DNA from: an uncultured Anaerolineae bacterium
GTDB taxonomy: Bacteria; Chloroflexota; Anaerolineae; SSC4; Amarolineaceae
Assembly: GCA_964443225.1 (NCBI GenBank)
Contig: CAYUCC010000019.1
Coordinates: 1,451-25,450, forward strand
Length of the DNA: 24,000 bases
Reading direction: 5' to 3'
The position numbers were made by a program, and so were the translations under genes. This document shows, piece after piece, positions 15,255 through 22,670 of this stretch. Every line of letters starts with the position of its first letter. The stretch's first letter is position 1. The notes beneath the pieces are model-generated. The model did not search any database, was not told the DNA's origin, and saw only the letters and a list, made by a program, of their open reading frames with translations.

Positions 15255-16364
15255 TCAGCGTGTCACCAGGTTGCGTGCACGATCGGCGTAGCGTTCCTGT
15301 GCCAGCCTGACCAGGCGCGTCACCAGTTCTGGGTAGCTGATGCCGCTGGCTTCCCACAGCTTGGGATACATGCTGATCTGGGTAAAACCGGGCATCGTAT
15401 TGACCTCGTTCAGGAACAGCCGATCGGTCACGCGTTCCAACAGAAAATCGACACGGGCCAGGCCAGCGCCGTCCATCACCATGAAGGCGGTACGCGCCAG
15501 GCGCTGCGCCTCGGCAGTCAGCACCGCGCCAATCGGTGCCGGAATCAGCAGCTGTGACGTGTCGAGCAAATACTTGGCGTCATAATCGTAGAACTCGTTG
15601 CCCGGCACGATTTCACCGGGGATCGAGACGAGCGGGTCCTCGTTCCCCAAGACGCTCACTTCGATCTCACGTGCGTCGATGCCTTGTTCGACCACCAGCT
15701 TGCGGTCGAAACGGCTGGCTTCGTCGAGGGCCGCTGCGAGTCCGGCACGGTCACGCGCCTTGGAAATTCCGATGCTCGACCCCATGTTGGCCGGTTTGAC
15801 AAACAGCGGATAGAGCAGACGCGCTTCGATTTCGTCCAGCACCGCATCAGGTTCGTGTGCCCAGCGCCGCCGCGAGACCGCCCAGTACGGGAGCTGCGGA
15901 AGGCCGTGGGCGGCAAAAATCGCCTTGGACTGCAGTTTGTCCATACCGATCGCCGAGGCCGTCACGCCGCACCCCACGTAGGGTATGTCGACCAGTTCGA
16001 GCAGCCCCTGCACCGTGCCATCTTCACCCATCGGCCCATGCAGCACGGGGAAGATCACGTCTGCAGCGGGCAGAATGTGGCCCAACGGCACCGGCTCAAC
16101 GGCGCTGGCATCTTCATTGTTAATGTGCCCGGCCCCCTCGACCCCACTTGCCGTGAGGGGGCTTGCGTACTCACCGCCGGTCAGCACACGCATGGGGTCG
16201 CCACCCCGTAACCAACGCCCCGCACGGTCGATCCCGATCGGCACCACGTCGAAACCCGACGCCTCCAGGGCCGCCATCACCGAACGGGCCGATACCAGTG
16301 AGACGTCGTGTTCGCTGGACCGACCGCCGAACAGTACGCCAATGCGCAGTTTTGCCTCAGGCAC
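15255..16364 (-). CDS. ddl: D-alanine--D-alanine ligase
   Basis: LRIGVLFGGRSSEHDVSLVSA, FPVLHGPMGEDGTVQGLLE, FVKPANMGSSIGISK, LNEVNTMPGFT. Confidence 0.95.
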   Translation of the reverse strand: MPEAKLRIGVLFGGRSSEHDVSLVSARSVMAALEASGFDVVPIGIDRAGRWLRGGDPMRVLTGGEYASPLTASGVEGAGHINNEDASAVEPVPLGHILPAADVIFPVLHGPMGEDGTVQGLLELVDIPYVGCGVTASAIGMDKLQSKAIFAAHGLPQLPYWAVSRRRWAHEPDAVLDEIEARLLYPLFVKPANMGSSIGISKARDRAGLAAALDEASRFDRKLVVEQGIDAREIEVSVLGNEDPLVSIPGEIVPGNEFYDYDAKYLLDTSQLLIPAPIGAVLTAEAQRLARTAFMVMDGAGLARVDFLLERVTDRLFLNEVNTMPGFTQISMYPKLWEASGISYPELVTRLVRLAQERYADRARNLVTR

Positions 16365-16367
16365 GGG

Positions 16368-17339
16368 TTACTCCTCGAACTCGCCCACGAACAGGATCTC
16401 CGGCTCCAGCGTGACACCGAACTGCGCCGCAATCGTGTCTTGGGCCAGGCGGACAGCTGCGACTACGTCACGGGCCCGTGCCCCACCCAGGTTGACCAGG
16501 AAATTGGCATGGATTGGGCTAAACTGGACCTGCCCGACCTGGGTTCCTTTCAATCCCGCCGCTTCGATGAGGCGCCCGGCAAAGTCGCCGGCCGGGTTGC
16601 GAAACATCGAACCGGCACTGGCCTCGGTGGGCTGCGTGGCCCGTCGATGGGCCAAAAATCGTGCCGCCCGTTCGTCGAGTTCGGCGCGTGCCACACGCAG
16701 CAGTCGAAATACGGCGATCAGCACCACCGCCCCCGCCGCCTGGTCATCCTCCGGATACTTCAAGCGGCTGCGCCGGTAGGCGTAGGAAAAGTCGGCTTGC
16801 TGCCACGTGGTGACGCTGCCCAGACCGTCCAACACCTCCGCCTGCCACAGATTGTCGGCGATACTGCCGCCGTGGGCGCCGGCATTGCCAACCACAGCAC
16901 CGCCTACGGTACCGGGCACACTGACGGCCCATTCCAGACCGGCCAACCCTTCACGCACAGCGGTGCGTGCCAACCCGGCCAGGAGCGTCCCCGATTCGGC
17001 CGAGAGCAAAACAGGATCGCCCACCTCACCCGCTTCGTGTACCGCGACCTGGCGGCAGCGGTTTACGATGACCAAACCCCGAAATCCGCCATCCCCCACC
17101 AGGACGTTGCTGCCACCGCCCAACAGCAAGTAGGGAAATTCGCAGGTCCGCGCCAGCCCGACTAAACGAACCAGGTCATCGACACGCTCGACGCTGATCA
17201 GCAGATCAGCCGGACCACCAATCTTGAAGGATGTCAATGGGGCCAAGGGCACGTGCTGGTCGATGATGAATCCGGCCGCCCGCGCCGCTTCAGCGAACTG
17301 TGTCGCGGTCGCGATTTTTGCATGTGGTACAAAAGACAT
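16368..17339 (-). CDS. murB: UDP-N-acetylenolpyruvoylglucosamine reductase
   Basis: LAPLTSFKIGGPADLL, LLLGGGSNVLV, GTVGGAVVGNAGAHG, AGSMFRNP. ATG at 17339 gives MSFVPHAKIA. The track ORF to 17564 is a 5' over-extension that reads through the repeat element. Confidence 0.9.
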   Translation of the reverse strand: MSFVPHAKIATATQFAEAARAAGFIIDQHVPLAPLTSFKIGGPADLLISVERVDDLVRLVGLARTCEFPYLLLGGGSNVLVGDGGFRGLVIVNRCRQVAVHEAGEVGDPVLLSAESGTLLAGLARTAVREGLAGLEWAVSVPGTVGGAVVGNAGAHGGSIADNLWQAEVLDGLGSVTTWQQADFSYAYRRSRLKYPEDDQAAGAVVLIAVFRLLRVARAELDERAARFLAHRRATQPTEASAGSMFRNPAGDFAGRLIEAAGLKGTQVGQVQFSPIHANFLVNLGGARARDVVAAVRLAQDTIAAQFGVTLEPEILFVGEFEE

Positions 17340-17360
17340 TATACCGTAGTCCGTCCAATT

Positions 17361-17375
17361 TGTGCAAATTGCACA
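17361..17375. promoter_or_regulatory. perfect 7-1-7 palindrome TGTGCAA-A-TTGCACA, 22 nt upstream of the murB start
   Basis: Read directly from the sequence. It overlaps a second dyad, CAATTTG-TG-CAAATTG (17357-17372). Operator-like, but no binding protein can be inferred. Confidence 0.4.
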
Positions 17376-17515
17376 GGCGCTGTCAAAGAAAGCACATATG
17401 TTCGATTCGTATACCCGGTCGTCCGGACCTGTCACGTGTCGGATAGTCCGCAGCCTCTGCGGTAGTCCCAATCGTGTGCTCTCGTGCGGGTCCGAACGTG
17501 TGACTATGCGCAACC

Positions 17516-17598
17516 AAGGGCTGGTAAAGGAATAACTTCCAGCAAAATGGCTGGAATTCGTCACAAATCATGGGAAGTTATTCTTTTATCAGCCCTAA
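17516..17598. repeat. 83-bp hairpin-forming repeat element, copy B
   Basis: 84% identical to copy A (8761-8843). The stem AGGGCTGGTAAAGGAATAACTTCC / GGAAGTTATTCTTTTATCAGCCCT is about 24 bp. It overlaps murC codons for LRADKRITSHDL and the TGA stop (17561-17563). Confidence 0.85.
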
Positions 17599-19042
17599 GC
17601 GCATCGAGCAGCTGCTCCCCGATCCGATCACCATCACCGGCGCCCAACGTGATGAGCACGTCACCCCGCTGCAGGTGCGTGGTCAAAACCATCACCGCAG
17701 TCCTCGCATCGGCAACGTACCGTGCATCGTCATGCACCAGCGCCGCGGCCAACGCCTCTCCGTTGACGCCAGGAATTGCGGCATCGCGTGCGGCGTAGAT
17801 CGGCGTCACCAGCACGTGCTGCGCATCCCCAAAGGCGCGGGTAAAATCGTCCCACAGTGCCTGCGTGCGCTGGTACGTGTGGGGTTGAAAAACGACCCAC
17901 ACGGTCCGCATCGGCCACTGCGCACGCGCCGCCGCCAACGTGGTCCGAATTTCGGTGGGGTGATGGGCGTAATCGTCGTAGACGCACACGCCCGCTGCTT
18001 CCCCCTTGAATTCGAACCGCCGCGCGGCCCCCCGGTAATCGGCAAGAATGGGCAGTGCCAGGGTAGGATCGATCCCGAGTTGGCCGACAGCCGCCACTGC
18101 AGCCAGTGCATTGCGCAGGTTGTGCAGTCCCGGCACGTGCAGCCGCAGTTGGCCCAGGTACTGCCCGCTGTACGACACCCGGGCGTCGCAGCCGCCAAAT
18201 TCATTCAGCTGCACCGAATCGGCGTGAAAATCCGCCGCCTCGTCCAGTCCATAGGTCAACACGCTGCCGCCCCGCCCACGGCGCCAATCCGCCAGGGCAC
18301 GGGCACCGGCATCATCATGGCACGCCACCAGCCAGCCGTCCGGACGAATTTGCGCAGCGAATGCCTGGAACGCCGCATCAAAGCTGGCCGGCGTTGGGAA
18401 GCAGTCGGGATGATCCCACTCGACATTCGTGACGACTGCCACCTGCGGGTGGAGCCCAAGGAACATGTGATCGTACTCGTCCGCTTCGATGACGAACAAC
18501 CGGCCCGCGCCGGCCGCCGCACTTCGCCCAAGCGCCCGCACCTGGCTGCCGACGATGTACCCCGGCTGGTGACCCAGGGCTTCGAGTACCGATGCGATCA
18601 TGCCGGTCGTCGTGGTTTTGCCATGGGTGCCGGCTACGGCGATCAGGGTAAAATTGTGCAGCAGTGCACCCAGAAACGCTGCCCGTTTGACTATAGGAAG
18701 GTGGCGTGCGGTCGCGGTTACGACCTCGATGTTGTCGGGGGCGATGGCCGACGAAACCAGCACCAGGTCGGCACCTTCGACGTTTTCAGCCTGATGGCCA
18801 ATCGCGACGTCGATCCCTGCGGCTTGCAGTGCCTCTGTAACCGGGCCGGCGCGCTGGTCGGAACCCGACACGGTGTACCCCTGCTCGTGCAGCACCCAGG
18901 CAATGGCCGACAACCCGGCGCCGCCAATGCCCACCAGGTGAATCCGTACCTGATGCCGCTGCGTCGACGGCCCGCCAGGAACCTGGTGCAGAACAGCCTC
19001 CACCGTGCCCCCGTCCGCCGTGCTCAAACCAACATCACCCAT
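17561..19042 (-). CDS. murC: UDP-N-acetylmuramate--L-alanine ligase
   Basis: IHLVGIGGAGLSAIAWVL, IAVAGTHGKTTTTGM (P-loop), EADEYD, DDYAHHPTEI. The C-terminal 12 codons derive from repeat copy B. Confidence 0.95.
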   Translation of the reverse strand: MGDVGLSTADGGTVEAVLHQVPGGPSTQRHQVRIHLVGIGGAGLSAIAWVLHEQGYTVSGSDQRAGPVTEALQAAGIDVAIGHQAENVEGADLVLVSSAIAPDNIEVVTATARHLPIVKRAAFLGALLHNFTLIAVAGTHGKTTTTGMIASVLEALGHQPGYIVGSQVRALGRSAAAGAGRLFVIEADEYDHMFLGLHPQVAVVTNVEWDHPDCFPTPASFDAAFQAFAAQIRPDGWLVACHDDAGARALADWRRGRGGSVLTYGLDEAADFHADSVQLNEFGGCDARVSYSGQYLGQLRLHVPGLHNLRNALAAVAAVGQLGIDPTLALPILADYRGAARRFEFKGEAAGVCVYDDYAHHPTEIRTTLAAARAQWPMRTVWVVFQPHTYQRTQALWDDFTRAFGDAQHVLVTPIYAARDAAIPGVNGEALAAALVHDDARYVADARTAVMVLTTHLQRGDVLITLGAGDGDRIGEQLLDALRADKRITSHDL

Positions 19043-19076
19043 CCCCCCACCACCGCCTCACAATCTCGAATCCTGC

Positions 19077-19114
19077 CACCCCAACCCCCAACCCCCAACC
19101 CCTGATCCCAACCC
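19077..19114 (-). repeat. G-rich TTGGGG-like tandem tract (G-quadruplex motif) in the intergenic leader before murC
   Basis: Minus strand: GGGTTGGGATCAGGGGTTGGGGGTTGGGGGTTGGGG. It has six G-runs of at least 3 G separated by 2-4 nt. It lies between the upstream stop (19115-19117) and the murC ATG (19042). Confidence 0.85.
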
Positions 19115-19639
19115 TCACCGCCGCACCCGCAGGATGATCAACAAGGCCAGCCACAGGATGAGCACGGTCGAGGGCCAGGTCGGCGGCAGATACGCCTGCA
19201 CCGCCTCCGCAAAGGGGCTGAGATTGTCCGTAACAATGAAATCGAGTGGATAATCGTATTTTGCCAGGTAGTACCACAGCGTACCCGCGACCAGAATCCC
19301 GTTGACGCCGCCAAAGAACGCGTTGAGTGTGAGGCCGGAACAACCAGTGGGCGGTACGCCCGGATACTGGAGCGTAACCCCGGCGTAACCGGCTACGGTG
19401 ATCGCAATGAACAACCCCTGGAAGATCAGCATCGTCAGCAATTGGGCGGTCTGCTCCGAGGCAAATCGATCGATCAGCGAATACAGCGCGGCCTCGGCCT
19501 GACTGCCAAAGAGACTAATCAACAGCAATGCCACCAGGATCACGATCGTGGATCCCAACTCCTTGTCGTATCCACGCGCAATCCCGATGAACACAAACAT
19601 TACAACAACAGCGATCCAGAGTACCTCGATTGGTCCCAC
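19115..19639 (-). CDS. CvpA-like integral membrane protein (paralog 2)
   Basis: 174 aa with about 4 TM segments. N-terminal VVVMFVFIGIARGYDKELGSTIVILVALLL resembles the CvpA (G-x-R-R/K-G-x-x-x-E) opening. GTG start. Family call is tentative. Confidence 0.6.
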   Translation of the reverse strand: MGPIEVLWIAVVVMFVFIGIARGYDKELGSTIVILVALLLISLFGSQAEAALYSLIDRFASEQTAQLLTMLIFQGLFIAITVAGYAGVTLQYPGVPPTGCSGLTLNAFFGGVNGILVAGTLWYYLAKYDYPLDFIVTDNLSPFAEAVQAYLPPTWPSTVLILWLALLIILRVRR

Positions 19640-19643
19640 AATC

Positions 19644-19671
19644 TAAAATCCAAAATCCAAAATCCAAAATC
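19644..19671 (-). repeat. four tandem heptamers GATTTTG (x3) plus GATTTTA, filling the spacer between the two CvpA-like genes
   Basis: Plus strand reads taaaatc caaaatc caaaatc caaaatc. This is an AT-rich island in a GC-rich genome. It ends 4 nt before the GTG start at 19639. Confidence 0.9.
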
Positions 19672-19674
19672 GTC

Positions 19675-20307
19675 TCATCTTCGTCGCAGCTCGCGCACGG
19701 CCTGGATGGTAATCAACGCCACCAGGAAGAAGATGATGAGCGTCAAGGTGGATGGCGCCAGGCTGAGGCCCAGGCTCGACATCATCTGCTCGAACGCCTG
19801 CACACCCCGCTGTGCCAGCTGGCGGTTCTCCAATACGATCGATGGTGCCGGCAGGCCATTGGGAATATACGGAAAAAGCGTCATGCCCAGGATGTAAGCG
19901 TTGACCAGGCCAAACAGCGCACCCGTGATCGACGGCGAGCTCCTGGCCTTGAGTCGCGGCGAGGTCGCCGTGAAGTAGTAGGTGAAAAATACACCGATCA
20001 GATAAATCAGGAAGAGGGCCAGTTCCTGCCGGTCCGGTGCAATCACATAATAACTTTCCAGCGATTCGGCGGTCGCCGTGCCACGCTGAAAGATATATTC
20101 CTGCAGCAGGCGCCCAATTTCGTTGATGATGTTGATCAGCGCGTACCCCAGCTTGAACTGGGTCGAAAATGCCGTCAGACCCAGGAAGATCAGTGAGAAC
20201 ATCGTGATGATCTCGCGCAGGCCACCGCGGCGGTAACCAAGAAACGCCGCCACGACGCCGAGAAATATGAAAACAAAACCGGTATACAGTGGATTCTGCG
20301 CTGTCAC
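19675..20307 (-). CDS. CvpA-like integral membrane protein (paralog 1)
   Basis: 210 aa with multiple TM segments. FIFLGVVAAFLGYRRGGLREIITMFSLIFL is a CvpA-type motif. The GTG start overlaps the murG stop (GTGA), implying translational coupling. Confidence 0.6.
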   Translation of the reverse strand: MTAQNPLYTGFVFIFLGVVAAFLGYRRGGLREIITMFSLIFLGLTAFSTQFKLGYALINIINEIGRLLQEYIFQRGTATAESLESYYVIAPDRQELALFLIYLIGVFFTYYFTATSPRLKARSSPSITGALFGLVNAYILGMTLFPYIPNGLPAPSIVLENRQLAQRGVQAFEQMMSSLGLSLAPSTLTLIIFFLVALITIQAVRELRRR

Positions 20308-21524
20308 GCCGCGTTCCTCACCAGCTGCCTGAGTTCTGCTGCAATCGCCTGGGCCGCCCCAGGCCGTGCCAGTTGTCGAGCGCCGGCCGCCAGACGGGCC
20401 AGGCGCTCGTCGTCGCCCAAAAGACCCAAAATCGTTGCCGTCAGTTGGCCGGCCAGTTCCTGATCGGCCAACTTGATCGCCGCGCCGCGGTGTACCAGAA
20501 AATCGGCATTCACGTCCTGGTGCTGCCCGGCGTAAGGATAGGGCACCAGGATACTTGGCAGGCCCATCACCGGAAACTCGCCCAGGGTCGACGCCCCCGC
20601 CCGTGTCACCGCCAGGTCAGCGGCAGCCATCGCCTGGGGCATGTCATCGTGTAAGTAGGCTACGGCGTGATAGCGCGCCCGCAGCGTGGCCGGCAGACCG
20701 GCTGCCTGGCGCTGCACGGTGTCCCAATCGAGCGTGCCGCTGACGTGAATGACCTGGCATACCGCCAGCAGTTGGGGCAGCGCCGCGCTGACGGCCTGGT
20801 TGATCGAGCGTGAACCACGACTGCCCCCAAAAACGAGCACGGTCCTGAGACCCGCCTCCAGTCCAAAATGGGCCCGTGCCGCGGTACGGTTGGCCGCTGA
20901 CGCCCCAAACTCCGCACGCACCGGGTAACCTGTGACGACCCCTTTGTCGCCAAACCAGGACAGTGCCTCGGGAAACGAAACCGCCACACGGGTAGCCAGG
21001 CGACTCAACACTCGGATCGCCATGCCCGGTTCCAGGTCTGGCAGGTAGATCAGAATCGGCACGTGCGCGCGGCTGGCGGCCCATACCACCGGTGCGCACA
21101 CATAGCCGCCCGTGGCAAAACAGACGTCGGGCCGGAAGGCGTCGATGATCTTCCCCGCCTGGCGTGCGCCGGTCCGCATGCGGGCCAGGTTACGCAGGGC
21201 GATCCATGGTGCCCGTCCGCGCAGCTGTCCGGTCTGGATGGCCTGGAATTCCAAACCCGCACGCGCGACCAGGTCGGCCTCCACGCCGCCCTCACTGCCG
21301 ACGACCAGGAGTGCGTCGGCTGCTGGTGGCTGGCCGTCGGCTGCTGCTGCGACGCCCACTGGCGACGGGTCGTCCACCCGATCGCGGGAGGACGCGGGCG
21401 CGGTTGGTGGTCGAGCGCCGGACGACAGCGCTGCTGCGCCGGCGTGTTCCTGCAGGGCTTGCGCCACGGCTAGTGCTGGATAGACGTGCCCCCCCGTTCC
21501 ACCGCCCGAAATCAAAACGCGCAT
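20304..21524 (-). CDS. murG: UDP-N-acetylglucosamine--N-acetylmuramyl-(pentapeptide) pyrophosphoryl-undecaprenol GlcNAc transferase, with a low-complexity insertion of about 40 aa
   Basis: MRVLISGGGTGGHVYPALAVA (G-loop 1), ATGGYVCAPV, LVFGGSRGSRSIN, VTRAGASTLGE. ATG at 21524 follows GAGGAG. ATG at 21545 is the alternative, longest start. Insertion AGAAALSSGARPPTAPASSRDRVDDPSPVGVAAAADGQPPAAD lies after the first helix. Confidence 0.9.
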   Translation of the reverse strand: MRVLISGGGTGGHVYPALAVAQALQEHAGAAALSSGARPPTAPASSRDRVDDPSPVGVAAAADGQPPAADALLVVGSEGGVEADLVARAGLEFQAIQTGQLRGRAPWIALRNLARMRTGARQAGKIIDAFRPDVCFATGGYVCAPVVWAASRAHVPILIYLPDLEPGMAIRVLSRLATRVAVSFPEALSWFGDKGVVTGYPVRAEFGASAANRTAARAHFGLEAGLRTVLVFGGSRGSRSINQAVSAALPQLLAVCQVIHVSGTLDWDTVQRQAAGLPATLRARYHAVAYLHDDMPQAMAAADLAVTRAGASTLGEFPVMGLPSILVPYPYAGQHQDVNADFLVHRGAAIKLADQELAGQLTATILGLLGDDERLARLAAGARQLARPGAAQAIAAELRQLVRNAA

Positions 21525-22653
21525 TCTGCGCTGCTCCTCGCCCATAACTGCGGGCTACGCTCATAAGAACCCCGACGGCGGCCAGACTTGACACCAGGGC
21601 CGAGCCGCCGTAGCTGATAAACGGCAGCGGGATTCCGGTGGGCGGCGCCAATGCCGTGGCCACCGCCAGGTGAATCACGGCCTGGTATACCAACCAGATC
21701 GTAACACCAAACGCCAACAAGAATCCGAAATCATCGGGTGCCCGAATCGCGATGCGGAATCCACGAAAGACCAGGGCCAGAAAGAGTGCAATGACCAGCA
21801 GTGTGCCAGGCAATCCCAACTCTTCCCCAATCACGGAGATGATCCCGTCCGACCAAAGCAGTGGAATCCGCTCTTTGGTCGTACCACCGCCAATGCCGCG
21901 ACCCAACGGCCCCCCACCGGTGAGCGCTTCACCGATGGCCCGAATCTGCTCGTTTTCCGCCTGGGCCGGATTGCCCACCGAGTCGGCCAGCTGCTGCCAA
22001 CGGTCGCGCCCGTAGCCCGACTGCGTAATCAGCACCGCAAAGGTGATGATGACAATGACGCCGCACAGCAGGACCTGTTTGAACGTGGCGCCGGCCATAA
22101 AAAACATCGTAATCGCCGTGGCGACGATCAGAATCGCCGTACTGAGATTGGGTTCGATCACGATCAACCCGGCCACGATACCCAACAGCACACCGAACGG
22201 CGCCAGACCGTACCACATGAGCTTGATCTTCTGACCCTTGGACGACAGCCAGGCCGCGGCATAGATGATCATAACCAGTTTTGCCATCTCGCTGGGCTGC
22301 ACCGAGCCATCGAAAAAGGAGCGCGTCGAGCCAAAGAGCCGTTGGCCAAAAATCAACACCGCAATCAGCAGAACCAACACGATGGCCAGTAGCGGTACAG
22401 CCACGCGCTCCAACACGCGGTAGTTGAGCAGCGACATGACGATCATGGCGACGATTCCCACCACGATCCATTGCAGCTGCTTCTGGACAAAAAAGGTCGC
22501 GGGCACGTCGAAACGATCGACCGCCTGTTGGTAACTGGCGCTGAACACCATGATCAGCCCGATCACCAACAGGGTTGCGATGATCGCGATCAACCCGTAG
22601 TCCAGCGACGGTCGTTTTCCGTTTGATGTGGTCAGACGTAAACTGCGCGTCAT
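21292..22653 (-). CDS. ftsW: SEDS-family peptidoglycan glycosyltransferase FtsW, with an Arg/Ser-rich C-terminal tail of about 84 aa
   Basis: Polytopic membrane protein: FSASYQ, QPSEMAKL, IGEELGLPG, GIPLPFISYGGSAL. The conserved core ends near aa 368. The frame then stays open to 21292, inside murG. Confidence 0.9.
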   Translation of the reverse strand: MTRSLRLTTSNGKRPSLDYGLIAIIATLLVIGLIMVFSASYQQAVDRFDVPATFFVQKQLQWIVVGIVAMIVMSLLNYRVLERVAVPLLAIVLVLLIAVLIFGQRLFGSTRSFFDGSVQPSEMAKLVMIIYAAAWLSSKGQKIKLMWYGLAPFGVLLGIVAGLIVIEPNLSTAILIVATAITMFFMAGATFKQVLLCGVIVIITFAVLITQSGYGRDRWQQLADSVGNPAQAENEQIRAIGEALTGGGPLGRGIGGGTTKERIPLLWSDGIISVIGEELGLPGTLLVIALFLALVFRGFRIAIRAPDDFGFLLAFGVTIWLVYQAVIHLAVATALAPPTGIPLPFISYGGSALVSSLAAVGVLMSVARSYGRGAAQNARFDFGRWNGGARLSSTSRGASPAGTRRRSSAVVRRSTTNRARVLPRSGGRPVASGRRSSSRRPATSSRRTPGRRQ

Positions 22654-22670
22654 GCTCTACATCCGATCTG

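Noticed and set aside
17337-17372. TTGCAC-18 nt-TATAAT as a murB promoter
   Set aside because: The -10 hexamer overlaps the murB ATG (TATAATG). Transcription from it would start downstream of the start codon, and there is no alternative in-frame start nearby. It is kept only as a note within the spacer finding.
17340-17564. N-terminal extension of the murB ORF (MTNSSHFAGSYSFTSPWL...), and the matching 8650..8811 extension of the methyltransferase ORF
   Set aside because: Both extensions read through the 83-bp repeat element, which explains the shared peptide HFAG(R/S)YSFTSP. They have no similarity to MurB or methyltransferase N-termini. The internal ATGs at 17339 and 8649 give canonical N-termini.
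17570-19105. 511-aa plus-strand ORF, and similar long plus-strand ORFs (452..1123, 2894..3952, 5150..6316, 7023..8003, 7831..8772, 12200..12979, 13525..14280, 15985..16779, 16308..17165, 21670..22392, 22824..23606)
   Set aside because: All are mirror-strand shadows of minus-strand genes that have clear family motifs. Their translations are Arg/Pro/Gly/His-rich with no recognisable domains.
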